This document shows, in pieces, positions 52,778-62,328 of a DNA stretch of 64,000 bases. Location: IMG/VR virus record IMGVR_UViG_644736339_000001. One strand, given 5' to 3'. The stretch comes from a virus (taxonomy: Duplodnaviria; Caudoviricetes). Both the position numbers and the translations under genes were made by a program. Below the pieces are notes generated by a model. That model saw nothing but the letters and a program-made list of their open reading frames with translations. It did no database searches and was not told the DNA's origin. The stretch's first letter is position 1. Each line of letters opens with the position of its first letter.

Positions 52778-54153
52778 TTGACGTCCTCCCCGCCCTTAGA
52801 GCAGGGATTCCTGCCGCGCCGGTCACGCGAGTGTCCGGTCGCCTAGGTGGGTTCCTGCTTCATCGGGGCCTGCCACAGCAAGCTGCGGTCTTACGTCCCC
52901 TCCACAGGCATTTTCAGTCTCGGCGCGTCCCGCCGCGACCTGCCTTCCAAGAGTAAGGATGTTGCGTGCCGCGTTGACGTCCCGGTCATGGTGCACGCCG
53001 CAGGCGCCGCACGTCCAGCCTCGCACCTTCAGTGGCTTCGGTCCGTCCTTTACGCCGCACGCTGAGCAGACCTGTGACGTCGGCGCCCACCGGTCCATTT
53101 TCGCGAACGTCCGTCCGTACCGCGCGGACTTGTACTCCAGCATCCGCACGAAGTTGGACCAGCCGGCGTCGTGCACCGACTTTGCCATGCCGTTCATACG
53201 CGACCGTGCCATGCTGCTTGCCGCGAGGTCTTCCACGTACACCGCTTGGTTCTCGCGGATGATCGTGGTCGACAGCTTGTGGTGGAAGTCCTTGCGAGCA
53301 TCGGCAACGTGGGCGTGAGCCTTCGCGACCTTCACTCGCGCCTTGGCTCGATTGTTCGAGCCCTTCTGTTTCCGCGCGAGTGACTGTTGGAGCTTCTTGA
53401 GCCGCTGTTCGGCCTTGCGCAGGAACCTCGGTGCGTCGATCTTCTCGCCGTTGTCCCGGACGACAAAGTGTGTGAGACCCAGATCTATGCCGGTCTCCGC
53501 GTAGGCGTCGCCGGCCGGGAACCGTTCGGCATCCGCCGCCGGGTCGGTCTGGACGACGAACGAAGCGAAGTACCGGCCCGACGCGTCCTTGATGACGGTC
53601 ACCGACGACGGGTCGGACGGCAGGTCCCGCGACCAGCGGACCGCGACCTCGCCGATCTTCGGCAAAGACAGCCGACCCGACTTCATGATCTTGAACTTGG
53701 AGTTCGCAGTGAACCGGATCGCCTGCCTGTTGTCGCGCCGGGAGCGGAACCGGGGCTTGCCAGCACGCACGCCCTTACGCCGCCCCGTGGCGGAGTCGAA
53801 GAAGTTCTTGTACGCAACATCGTTGTCCCGCAAAGCCTGTTGAAGCACGACAACGGAAACACTCCCGAGCCATGCAGTCTCGGAGCTCTTCTTCGCCTCG
53901 GTAATCAACCGTTTTGACAGGACCTCACTAGCGATCCAGCCGCCACCCTCCTCGTAGGAAGACTTCCTTATGGCCAGCGCTTGGTTATACACCCACCGTG
54001 CACACCCAAACGCCTTCGTCAGCGCATCGCGCTGACCGGGCGTCGGGTCAAGGCGGAAGTTATACCGGAGCTGCACCTTGACATTCTACCAATTAATGCG
54101 CTAGCTCCGCCGTGAACGACAGGGCTAGCGCGCTACAATTCTCGGTCGAGCGC
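52778..54153 (-). mobile_element. IS200/IS605-family element with tnpB only
   Basis: Left flank TTGAC (54154-54158), subterminal hairpins, right end CAGGAATCCC...GGGGAGGACGTCAA ending at 52778; interrupts a small host ORF. Confidence 0.8.
52823..54076 (-). CDS. tnpB: RNA-guided endonuclease TnpB
   Basis: YNFRLDPT, FGCARWVYN, GIDLG, VEDL, TSQVCSACG...CGACG..HDRDVNAARNI. Confidence 0.97.
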   Translation of the reverse strand: MQLRYNFRLDPTPGQRDALTKAFGCARWVYNQALAIRKSSYEEGGGWIASEVLSKRLITEAKKSSETAWLGSVSVVVLQQALRDNDVAYKNFFDSATGRRKGVRAGKPRFRSRRDNRQAIRFTANSKFKIMKSGRLSLPKIGEVAVRWSRDLPSDPSSVTVIKDASGRYFASFVVQTDPAADAERFPAGDAYAETGIDLGLTHFVVRDNGEKIDAPRFLRKAEQRLKKLQQSLARKQKGSNNRAKARVKVAKAHAHVADARKDFHHKLSTTIIRENQAVYVEDLAASSMARSRMNGMAKSVHDAGWSNFVRMLEYKSARYGRTFAKMDRWAPTSQVCSACGVKDGPKPLKVRGWTCGACGVHHDRDVNAARNILTLGRQVAAGRAETENACGGDVRPQLAVAGPDEAGTHLGDRTLA

Positions 54154-54206
54154 GTCAATCCCGGCCGGCTGATCGACACGCCAGCCACAGCGGAAAGTCT
54201 TCTCGC

Positions 54207-54410
54207 TCACCGCACGTTCGTCCACGTTATGCGTGCGAACGTCGTGCCGTCTGATTTGGTCTCGACGGCCGACTCCGGGACTTGAACCAGTTTGACCGTC
54301 GCGCCGTCCGCGCTGATGCGCTCGATCTCGGCTTCCCAACACCCTTCGGTGTACCGCACACGAACCCGGTCGCCGGCCTGGGCGGGCGGGAGTTCGAACC
54401 AGTAGCTCAC
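54207..54410 (-). CDS. hypothetical protein
   Basis: GTGA-coupled ORF. Confidence 0.5.
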   Translation of the reverse strand: MSYWFELPPAQAGDRVRVRYTEGCWEAEIERISADGATVKLVQVPESAVETKSDGTTFARITWTNVR

Positions 54411-54784
54411 GTCAGACCCTCTCTGATCACCGCGTAGGTCTCGCACTCCCACTTCACCGAGTCGCCGTCGTAACCGCCCTCCTGGCAGTGCTCGCACATC
54501 GGGACAGGGTTGAAGCCGATGTCGCACAGGAACGGCTTGTGAACGTCCAGCACGGCCAGCGGCGTTGCGCCGGTTTTCCCGTCCGGGACCGCAGCCCGCA
54601 GCGACTCCCACTCGGCCATGGCATCCGCCTGACGTTGAACCGCGACAACGCTTCGTGCGGCACGATCAGCCTTGGCTAGAGCTTCATAATCAATCGCTAC
54701 TGCCGGAGCGGCTGGCGGCGTGACCGAACGACGCAGAGCGGCGGCCTGTGCGCGGAGCTGATCCGAGACGTAGTCGGTGACCAT
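54407..54784 (-). CDS. hypothetical phage protein
   Basis: VLDVHKP...CEHC...WECET. Confidence 0.55.
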   Translation of the reverse strand: MVTDYVSDQLRAQAAALRRSVTPPAAPAVAIDYEALAKADRAARSVVAVQRQADAMAEWESLRAAVPDGKTGATPLAVLDVHKPFLCDIGFNPVPMCEHCQEGGYDGDSVKWECETYAVIREGLT

Positions 54785-55185
54785 CAGATCCTCCACGCCG
54801 GGTCGTAGCGGTCATAGTCGGGGTGCTCATCGAACGGCTCGGCCATCAACCGCACCGTCTTGCACCAGCCGAACCCCAGCGTCTCGCCGCAGTCGGGATC
54901 GTTGTGGCAGGTGCGGCAGCCGAAGTCGTACAGGTGGTTGTCGCTCTGCCGTACCGCGGGAACGTGCTCGTGCTCGGCAAGCTGCTGCCGTTGTGCTGCT
55001 ACTTCGCGCAGGACGCGGGCCGGATTGTGGTTACGCCAGTACAACGACACCATGCCGAGTTCAAGAGCCTTGCCAGCCGCAACCATAAGCGCGTCATAGT
55101 CGGCACCGACTGCGTGCACAACGCCGCGCGCAAGCTGCTCGCGCTCATCCAGCCGGGCGTTCGAAAACGCCACAATGTCGATCAC
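54784..55185 (-). CDS. DUF6221-like protein
   Basis: IVAFSNARLDERE...HNPARVLREVAAQR...PFDEHPDY. Confidence 0.75.
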   Translation of the reverse strand: MIDIVAFSNARLDEREQLARGVVHAVGADYDALMVAAGKALELGMVSLYWRNHNPARVLREVAAQRQQLAEHEHVPAVRQSDNHLYDFGCRTCHNDPDCGETLGFGWCKTVRLMAEPFDEHPDYDRYDPAWRI

Positions 55186-55186
55186 G

Positions 55187-55477
55187 TCAACCCTTCCTGA
55201 TCGCAGCCGCGAAGCAACTCCGGCACGTCGGCACCTCAACGACCGGCAGCTGCTTGCCGAACAATGTCCCGCCAGGCGCCTTGCGCACACAGCCGTCCGC
55301 ACGCCAGCCGTCGCAGGTATGCGGTTCGTACACCGAGCACAGGCAGTGGCAGCCGGCGTCCGCAGGGATCACGGAGAGGGCGATCTGTGCGGTGATCGCG
55401 GACATGCGCTTCAACGGGCCGGTTGCGGCGTCCATGGCCTCGGCGAAGTCGGTCACGGCGCCGGCTCCGATCGCCAT
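55187..55477 (-). CDS. hypothetical protein
   Basis: Cys-rich ORF. Confidence 0.5.
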   Translation of the reverse strand: MAIGAGAVTDFAEAMDAATGPLKRMSAITAQIALSVIPADAGCHCLCSVYEPHTCDGWRADGCVRKAPGGTLFGKQLPVVEVPTCRSCFAAAIRKG

Positions 55478-55674
55478 TCAAAGCGCGTGTTGACGTAGAG
55501 ACGCTCAAGCGCCCAGCCGGTCCTTTCGGCTTCGGCCTGGGCTTCCTTGCGGCTACTGGCTTCCATCCAGAGGGATCCGTCTGGCCGGCGTATGCGATGC
55601 CATGGTCCGGGTTCCCAGCCGTCAGCCACAGCATCTGCCCCCTCAGCCGTTGGGGTGCCGTCGTCGCTGGTCAC
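55453..55674 (-). CDS. hypothetical protein
   Basis: Coupled ORF. Confidence 0.5.
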   Translation of the reverse strand: MTSDDGTPTAEGADAVADGWEPGPWHRIRRPDGSLWMEASSRKEAQAEAERTGWALERLYVNTRFEWRSEPAP

Positions 55675-55964
55675 GGCGCGCCCTCGATCAGGACCAGCGG
55701 CAACTCAACGGTGATCTGCATGGTGCCGGGCCGCACGGTGTCGTCCAGGACGGTAGGGATGCCGAAGATGGCAATGGGGTCTGCGCCGGATGTCGCCTCA
55801 TCGAAGGTGCGGTCATCCGCAGTCGTGGTCTTGTGCTGATCGTAGAGCGCTTCTAGATCAACGCGATGCAGCCGGAAGGTGACGGGTTCGCGGATGAATC
55901 GTTCGCGAATGTAGGTGTAGGCGCGGTAGATACCGGTGAAACGATCAACGGTCTCGCTGGTCAT
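55671..55964 (-). CDS. hypothetical protein
   Basis: Coupled ORF. Confidence 0.55.
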   Translation of the reverse strand: MTSETVDRFTGIYRAYTYIRERFIREPVTFRLHRVDLEALYDQHKTTTADDRTFDEATSGADPIAIFGIPTVLDDTVRPGTMQITVELPLVLIEGAP

Positions 55965-56526
55965 AGCCGCTTCCCTTCAAGACGTGGCGCCCGAGGTCGC
56001 TACCACGCATAGCCTCCAGGCTCGCAGCGCTAGCCCGCTCCTGCTCGGCCCAGAAGGTAGTGTGCGCAGCCTTCTGCTCCTCAATGAACCCGACGATGTT
56101 CGGCAGCGACAGGAACTCGGCGTCCGAGTAGATCGGCACCCAACACGACGCCTGGAATCCGTCGAAGAAGAACAGGTCGTTGTGGCCGACCGCGCCGCCG
56201 AGGTGCCGGACACCGGAAGGCACAAGCACGGCGCGGGCGAACGCGCCGCACTCGCCGCCGGTCGTAAAGTCGCCGGTCACCACATGGAAACGACTGCTAT
56301 AGCCGTAGTCGTAGTAGTGCGTCGGGGCACCGTCGGCCGCGAGGTACCCACGAAGCCACTCCAGATATAACCCGAGCGGCGCGAGATGGAACTCGGGGCT
56401 CTGGTGCGGCGGGACGGCCGCGACAAACTCGGCGGTCGCGCCGTCTTCGCTATCACGGTAGGCACGGTAGCCACGTTCGGCCTCATCGCGGACGGCATTC
56501 GTAATCCAGTCGGCGCTGTCGTTCAT
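55945..56526 (-). CDS. hypothetical protein
   Basis: GAGGAG RBS; PTHYYDY motif. Confidence 0.65.
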   Translation of the reverse strand: MNDSADWITNAVRDEAERGYRAYRDSEDGATAEFVAAVPPHQSPEFHLAPLGLYLEWLRGYLAADGAPTHYYDYGYSSRFHVVTGDFTTGGECGAFARAVLVPSGVRHLGGAVGHNDLFFFDGFQASCWVPIYSDAEFLSLPNIVGFIEEQKAAHTTFWAEQERASAASLEAMRGSDLGRHVLKGSGYDQRDR

Positions 56527-56627
56527 GACTTCAACTCCTCGGCACTCACGCTCAGCACTGGCGCACGGTACGCCTTACACGTGCGGATCAACGGCTTCGC
56601 TCCCAGTCTCTCCTTCGACCGGCTGCA

Positions 56628-57326
56628 TTAGGACCCCTTCGCGTCGCACGCGATCCGCAGCCAGTCCACGGTGGCGCAGTTGCGAACCGTGCAGCGCCGC
56701 GCACGCTCGTAGAAGTCGGCGAGCGTGATCGGCTCCGTCCATGCCGGCGCGTCGGCGCTTCGCCAACCATCGGGATCCATGATGTCGACGCCATACCGCT
56801 CGCCCCACTCCTCGGGCGTGCGCAGCTCGGCAGGCTCGGATGCCGAAACAACGTACTCGCGACGTTCCATGGGCGAGGCGTCCAGGATTGCGTCGACCAG
56901 GCCGGGTGCGAACCGCCGCAGCTTCCCCCAGTCCTCGGCCGTGAAGTCAGGCAGGCCGCCGTCCTGGACCTCGAAGGCAATGCGAGCCTTCTCGCGCTCG
57001 TTTGCCATCGCCAACTCCACCAGGCCGTCGCGCTGCACCTCGACCGCGATCGAGTCGCCGTCCTGCTGGGCCTGCGGCCACCGGGCTCGAACGCCAGGCG
57101 CCAACTCGACATACTCCAAGCCGATGCGAACGCACTCGCCTTCCTTCGCCGGATCGTGTCGCGGGCAATAGTGCAGGCCATCGCGCACAACCCAACCGTG
57201 CTCGGCGAACGCGGCGCCCCACTCGGCGGGTTCCGGTTCGGACAGGTCGTTGGTGCGCCAGCCGCCCGCGTACATGCAGGACGAACCAAAGCCGGACTTC
57301 TCACAGCGGATGCTGACCTCGTACAC
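56628..57326 (-). CDS. hypothetical phage protein
   Basis: AAGGAG RBS before GTG 57326; IMDPDGW motif. Confidence 0.6.
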   Translation of the reverse strand: MYEVSIRCEKSGFGSSCMYAGGWRTNDLSEPEPAEWGAAFAEHGWVVRDGLHYCPRHDPAKEGECVRIGLEYVELAPGVRARWPQAQQDGDSIAVEVQRDGLVELAMANEREKARIAFEVQDGGLPDFTAEDWGKLRRFAPGLVDAILDASPMERREYVVSASEPAELRTPEEWGERYGVDIMDPDGWRSADAPAWTEPITLADFYERARRCTVRNCATVDWLRIACDAKGS

Positions 57327-57509
57327 GCCTACTCCTTGATCAGACGCACTCGGGGACGGACACCTTCCCGGCCGGCATGATGACGAGAGTTTTGCCGGGC
57401 GGGCAGGTACGCGCGTTGGGATCGGTCGCGGCAACAAGCAGCACAACGCCGATAACCAGGGCTGCAGCGCCGACCAGCACCGCGGCGACGATCTTTGCGA
57501 GTGGGCCGT

Positions 57510-57692
57510 TCACGATCCGCTCAATCCGTCGCGTAGTTGTGCCCGACGGAACCGGGCGTGCTCTTCGGACGCCAACCCAACCCGCAGCGCCTCCAACGTC
57601 TCCTGGGAAAGCGGAGCGTTGACCTTGTCGGCGTAACGCTGGCCGACGTCGTCGTCGTGAGCGTCCTCAGTCCCGCCTTCAGAAATTGCCAT
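57510..57692 (-). CDS. hypothetical protein
   Basis: Small ORF after pnk. Confidence 0.45.
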   Translation of the reverse strand: MAISEGGTEDAHDDDVGQRYADKVNAPLSQETLEALRVGLASEEHARFRRAQLRDGLSGS

Positions 57693-58587
57693 ATGCCACC
57701 TGCCAGCACTTCAGCCCCAGGCGCCTCCATAGCGCGACCACCCGCGCCCGATCGTCCAGAACGAACCGCACGTTGTACAGGCCGCGCACGTGCGCATCGA
57801 ACAACTCCGCCTTGACGATGTCGTCGCTGCGCCGGTCTCCCTCGGCCCGCATCCACAGCTCGTCATACGGCACCTGATGCGCAGCCAGCCATCGCTCGGT
57901 GTGCTTCCGGAACTCCGACTGGCGTCCCGACAACAGCACGATGTAGCCGTCGGCACGGTCGCACAACGCCAGGACCCGAGCGACTTCCTCGTTCAGGAGG
58001 TCGGTCTCGCACAGGTCCAAGTCGTAGGCGCCGCGGCCGGCATGAATGGCCAACGTCCCGTCGATGTCACACAGGACCGCAGGCGGCAGCGACAGATCGG
58101 GAACGTAGGGTTCGGGCACCGGCGTGTCGTTCAGCCGTTCCGGATGCTTCCACCAGCCGTCGCGCGTCGACTTCAGCCGCTCGGCCATGCTCCGGATCAC
58201 GTCCTCGCCAACTGGACGCTCCCGCACCTTGTCCCGGCCGATGCACTCCTCAACGTCGACGCCGGTGAAGTCGTACACGGCGAAGTCCGCGCGCCCGGCC
58301 ACAACCCGCTTCAGTCGGTTCGGGATCCGCGAGACCAAGTGCGTGTTGTCGACCACAACGTCGAAGCCGCCGTCGATCGCTGCGAGGACCGCGGCGTCCT
58401 GGACCGCGAGCACCGTCTCCTCGTGGTCCCTGCCGAGCCGGATGCGGCCGTCGTTCGCGTCGAGCATCAACCGCAGGTCGTCGAGATTCACGCGGCGCAT
58501 CCGGCCGGCAGACTCGGCGACAAGCTGACGGGCGAGGCTGGTCTTGCCGCTCGCCGGCAGCCCGCAGGTGAGGTGGATTGTGGGCAC
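57679..58587 (-). CDS. pnk: T4-type polynucleotide 5'-kinase/3'-phosphatase
   Basis: GLPASGKTS, VNLDDLR, VVVDNT; HAD DIDGT, LSGR, MR..GD.R.D.IVK, LDDR. Confidence 0.95.
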   Translation of the reverse strand: MPTIHLTCGLPASGKTSLARQLVAESAGRMRRVNLDDLRLMLDANDGRIRLGRDHEETVLAVQDAAVLAAIDGGFDVVVDNTHLVSRIPNRLKRVVAGRADFAVYDFTGVDVEECIGRDKVRERPVGEDVIRSMAERLKSTRDGWWKHPERLNDTPVPEPYVPDLSLPPAVLCDIDGTLAIHAGRGAYDLDLCETDLLNEEVARVLALCDRADGYIVLLSGRQSEFRKHTERWLAAHQVPYDELWMRAEGDRRSDDIVKAELFDAHVRGLYNVRFVLDDRARVVALWRRLGLKCWQVAYGNF

Positions 58588-58588
58588 G

Positions 58589-59719
58589 TCAGCCTTCCTC
58601 GTCGGTCACGAACGGCACGTCACCGCGCGGCTTGATGCTCTTCCACGCCAGATCGTCGATGTCGCGGCCGTCGTACAGCCGGAACAGTGCAGCGCGGTGC
58701 TCGGACTTCATGGCCTGCTCGGCGAACGACTTCCTTTCTGCGGTCGGGCCAATCGCGTCGAAGTCCGCGCGGGCCGCAGCAACGTAGGCGTCGAACTCAC
58801 CGCGCAGGCGGGCCGCGACCTGACGGACCCAGCCCGCGAACTCATCGGGCACAGTGTCGAACAGGACTGCGGGATCCTGGCCGGACGCCAGAACCTCCCA
58901 CACGGTGCGTTCGTTCGTGCCGGTGTACAGCTTGTGAAGGGCCAGGTAGGACGACAGTTTGATCTTTGCGCGGATGCCGGACGTGAAGCGGATGACGTAG
59001 CCCTCGTCCTCGGTGCCGCCGGCGGTCCGCCCGTCGATACGACGGCTGTCCGCAGCCAGCACCTCCACCTCCCGAACATCTTTGCCCAAGCCCCAGGACC
59101 GCACCACCGGACCGATCGGCGCCCAGTGCGCCGCCACCTTGGCCAGCGCCTTCTCGGCGCCCGTGGCCGGCTCGTATGCGGCCAGCAGCACAAGGTCTTC
59201 ACGCGCGCCGTAGTCGACGACGATCCGGTTCGCGGGGTAGATCGCCTCCGCGAGGTACGTCAGCGCGGGGTCCAGCAGCGACGTGTCCGCCGCGTCGAGA
59301 CGGGCCTGCGCCCACGCCGACTGCTCGGAGGCGAAGCTGCCCTTGGACGCGGCGTGCCACCGGCCGTCGTAGTGGAAGGCGATAATTAGTGAGCCGTCCA
59401 CTTTCTCGAAGATCTCGAACGGTTCGGTCGGGAGCGGCGGCGCAAAGTCGTGAACGCCATGCATCCCCGTCACGAAGATCTTCGGGAACGGCAGCGCTAC
59501 TATTCGGCCCGTAGTGTCATCAACGATCAGTCCGCGACAGCACATCGTCACCGGGGTCCAGTGGTGCTCGTACTGGCAAGACTGGCCGTAGACGTACAGC
59601 GATAACGGCAGCGTCGGATGCTGCTTCCGCGTCACGAACTTCGCCTCGATCTCAGCCTGCAGATCCGCCGGCGAGAACAGGTCGTGCAGGTGCAGCGGGG
59701 AAGTGGTGGTGGTCGTCAT
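58589..59719 (-). CDS. T4 Rnl1-like RNA ligase
   Basis: CRGLI, PFPK, motif I EKVDGS, SKGSF, EAIYP.NRIVVDY, EGYV, KIK..YL.LH. Confidence 0.93.
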   Translation of the reverse strand: MTTTTTSPLHLHDLFSPADLQAEIEAKFVTRKQHPTLPLSLYVYGQSCQYEHHWTPVTMCCRGLIVDDTTGRIVALPFPKIFVTGMHGVHDFAPPLPTEPFEIFEKVDGSLIIAFHYDGRWHAASKGSFASEQSAWAQARLDAADTSLLDPALTYLAEAIYPANRIVVDYGAREDLVLLAAYEPATGAEKALAKVAAHWAPIGPVVRSWGLGKDVREVEVLAADSRRIDGRTAGGTEDEGYVIRFTSGIRAKIKLSSYLALHKLYTGTNERTVWEVLASGQDPAVLFDTVPDEFAGWVRQVAARLRGEFDAYVAAARADFDAIGPTAERKSFAEQAMKSEHRAALFRLYDGRDIDDLAWKSIKPRGDVPFVTDEEG

Positions 59720-59795
59720 CGAGGGCTCCGATTCGCTCGGTTGATACACGGTCGCCGGGAACAGCGATAGAGGCAAATCGGATACCGGCGTGAGG

Positions 59796-60026
59796 TCAGC
59801 GGTGCTCGCGCTCGGCAACTCGCTCGGCCTCGAACGCCGCCTCCGCACACCGAGTTGCCTTCTCCAGCGCAGCCACCGCCGCGGAGGTCAACGCGACGGC
59901 CTGCCGCAGGCTCGGGTCCTGCTGGTGGGCGTTGTTGTTCGCTGCGTGCAGCAACTTGAACACGGCCTGGGTCTCGGCGTGGAGGGTGGTGAGCTTGGCG
60001 GGGATGTCCATGGCAACCATTCTCAC
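59796..60026 (-). CDS. hypothetical protein
   Basis: Coupled ORF. Confidence 0.5.
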   Translation of the reverse strand: MRMVAMDIPAKLTTLHAETQAVFKLLHAANNNAHQQDPSLRQAVALTSAAVAALEKATRCAEAAFEAERVAEREHR

Positions 60027-60256
60027 TCTGCGACAACGTCGGGATTTGCGAACTTCCCGTACAGCGCATCAGCCCGCTGTCGCGCCCCGTCGAACACGGC
60101 ACACACCAGCAGCCGGCCACCTTCACTGCGCGCCTTGTCCATCGCGACGTCTTCCGCGGCGAGCGGCGAGTCGGCAAGGATCTGGTCGCAGAACCGCTGG
60201 CCGCCAGTGCGTTCATTCCAGCGCCGGTCGCGCGGGTCCTCAACCAACCCGAGCAC
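60023..60256 (-). CDS. hypothetical protein
   Basis: Shares the A(A)EDxA...LxVxxVFxG...DxYxxxxxP pattern with the next ORF. Confidence 0.55.
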   Translation of the reverse strand: MLGLVEDPRDRRWNERTGGQRFCDQILADSPLAAEDVAMDKARSEGGRLLVCAVFDGARQRADALYGKFANPDVVAE

Positions 60257-60259
60257 CGT

Positions 60260-60529
60260 TCACGTGGCGATCTCAAGGCCGGGCACGTCAGGCTCGAGGT
60301 CTTCGGCATCGAGGTTGCGAACATCCCGGGGGTCGACGTACAGCGTGTACCGGTCGACGGAAACGACGGTGCCCTCGAAGACGCCGGCCACCCGCAGCAC
60401 GGCGCCCTGCTCGGCGGCGAACATCTGCGCCAGGTCCTCGGCCGCGCGTGCCGACGTGGCCTGGTAGACCTCGCCCCAGCGTTCACTGCTGTGCGGCCAG
60501 AAACCGTAGACCGAGAAGTCCCGCATCAC
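60260..60529 (-). CDS. hypothetical protein
   Basis: Paralogue-like to 60023..60256. Confidence 0.55.
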   Translation of the reverse strand: MMRDFSVYGFWPHSSERWGEVYQATSARAAEDLAQMFAAEQGAVLRVAGVFEGTVVSVDRYTLYVDPRDVRNLDAEDLEPDVPGLEIAT

Positions 60530-61140
60530 TTGCGACCACTCCGCAGAGAGCCGCCGCCGCTGCTGCCGCTGCCGGACTTCGACTTCACGGTCGTGCTCGA
60601 CTTGCCGCTACCCGAGCCGGAACTCCCACTGCTACCGCCAGTAGAGCCGCCCGTGGTTCCGCTGCGCAGGGATCCGCCGCCGACCTTCCCGGTGCTGCCG
60701 GAGCCGCTGGAGAACTTCATCTTCGCCGTGGTGCCGGTCACCGTCTTGCCGTTGCTGCCCTTGTAGGCGGCCTTTGCCGATGCGGTGGAGATCTGCGAGG
60801 AGTAGGTGGTGTGGAACGTGGTCTCGTGGGTGATGTACACGGTGCGGTGCGACACCAGGACGTACCGGTTGTAGTAGGTGGGGCTGGAGTAGTACGAGTA
60901 GTACTCCTCGTGCCAGTACAGCGGCATCGCGGTGGGAACCCAGCCGGCGGGGCACAGGCCGGCGGCGAGGAGCTGCTGCGCCTCATACGGATCGTCGTCG
61001 TAGTAGCAGTGGCCAGCGCCACCGATGACTTCGCCGTAGGCGGCGGGCGCGTAGGACACGGGCGTGGCGTGGGAGCAGCCGGCGAGGGCTGCAACGGCGA
61101 TGAACAGCCCTGCGATCAGGGCAGCGATGCGACGCATCAT
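60526..61140 (-). CDS. lipoprotein with Tyr-rich core and Gly/Ser-rich tail
   Basis: Lipobox LAGC; AAGGA RBS. Confidence 0.75.
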   Translation of the reverse strand: MMRRIAALIAGLFIAVAALAGCSHATPVSYAPAAYGEVIGGAGHCYYDDDPYEAQQLLAAGLCPAGWVPTAMPLYWHEEYYSYYSSPTYYNRYVLVSHRTVYITHETTFHTTYSSQISTASAKAAYKGSNGKTVTGTTAKMKFSSGSGSTGKVGGGSLRSGTTGGSTGGSSGSSGSGSGKSSTTVKSKSGSGSSGGGSLRSGRK

Positions 61141-61311
61141 GATGTTCCTTCGTGGCGAGGGTTGGATGAAACGGTCCGCTGTACTGTCGGATCCAGCAAG
61201 TTGATCTCCGCGCGCAGTTCGAGCGCGGCTTCGCGGATGTCGGCCTTCGTGAACCTGCCGGGGAACCGCAGGATGTAGTCAATCTCGCGCATGCGCACGA
61301 GGGTGATCCGG

Positions 61312-61668
61312 TCAGGCATCGTCCGTCTCCTCGTCGAGTCGCCCGTCAAGCAGCGCCCACGTCCGGTAGATGTCGGGCATCGAGGTGACGGTCTCGCGGG
61401 CCTGGTACAGCATCATCGGATCGGACGGCTGCACGATCTCGTGGAACGGCGTTCCGGCCGCATGCATGGTGCCGCGCACGAACGCGGCCACGGTCATCTC
61501 CCGGACGAGCTTCGCCACCGCGAACGGCAGTGCATCGTGGCCGGCGTACTGCTCGAAGAACCCTGCGACATCGGCTTGGAGCGTTTCCCACGCTCGCTCG
61601 ACCGCCTGGTCGCGCTGGTGTTGGCGGGCAGCGAAGTAGGCGAGCATCTGCTCGTCGACGTCAGGCAT
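61312..61668 (-). CDS. hypothetical phage protein
   Basis: LVREMTVAAFVRG motif. Confidence 0.6.
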   Translation of the reverse strand: MPDVDEQMLAYFAARQHQRDQAVERAWETLQADVAGFFEQYAGHDALPFAVAKLVREMTVAAFVRGTMHAAGTPFHEIVQPSDPMMLYQARETVTSMPDIYRTWALLDGRLDEETDDA

Positions 61669-61972
61669 TGAGCAACCCCAAGTGCCGCACCAGGAACGCC
61701 ATCAACGCGTAGCCGTCCTCGGTCAGGACCCCGCCGGCACCACCACACGGGCACTTCAGGAACGCGGGCGGCTCGGTGTTCCGAAGCTCCAGCTCCTCGC
61801 CGGCGACCAGCGCCCGGCGAGTGCGACGTCGCTCGGCGTCATACCGCTCCAGCGCTTCGCGGTGCTCGTCCTCCCAGGCGCGGACTGCATCCGTGTTGTC
61901 GATGTAGCCGTCCCGGCAACCGGTGGTGCATCGGATCTCGGCCTGGGCCAGCAACTCAGTGATCGTGGTCAT
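61661..61972 (-). CDS. hypothetical protein with DnaJ-like Cys motifs
   Basis: CTTGCRDG ... CPCGGAG.VLT.DG. Confidence 0.55.
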   Translation of the reverse strand: MTTITELLAQAEIRCTTGCRDGYIDNTDAVRAWEDEHREALERYDAERRRTRRALVAGEELELRNTEPPAFLKCPCGGAGGVLTEDGYALMAFLVRHLGLLNA

Positions 61973-62328
61973 CAGGATGTCTCCTCGTTCAGGTACGCGC
62001 GTGCGGTTCGCACGGCCGCATCCCACTCCCGGGCGCGGTCTGGCCCGAAGGCTGCACGGGTGAGTTCGTGCAGGGCGGCGTTGTCCGCGACGGCGGCGAG
62101 CCAGTCCGCGACTGCGAATGCCACGCCCGGATGCCAGGCTGCGGCGTAGGTTCCGGCCGGGCCGCCAAGTCCGCTGTCGACGCCTTGCCGATAGGCGGTG
62201 ATGTCGTCGGCGTTCGGGTCCCAGTAGTAGGGCTCAGCATCCATCTCGTCCAGGAGCAGCTGGGCGTCGCGGCGAATCGCTTCAACGGCACGGCGCAGCA
62301 GGTTGGCGGGAGACTCAGGCATCGCCAA
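61972..62328 (-). CDS. Ead/Ea22-like phage protein
   Basis: YAAAWHPGVAFAVADWL. Confidence 0.55.
   Translation of the reverse strand: MAMPESPANLLRRAVEAIRRDAQLLLDEMDAEPYYWDPNADDITAYRQGVDSGLGGPAGTYAAAWHPGVAFAVADWLAAVADNAALHELTRAAFGPDRAREWDAAVRTARAYLNEETS

Noticed and set aside
54077-54410. tnpA transposase upstream of tnpB
   Set aside because: No HUH/Y1 or serine recombinase ORF; the element appears non-autonomous
60530-60720. GCC/GCT-rich repeat tract
   Set aside because: Explained by the Gly/Ser-rich tail of the lipoprotein
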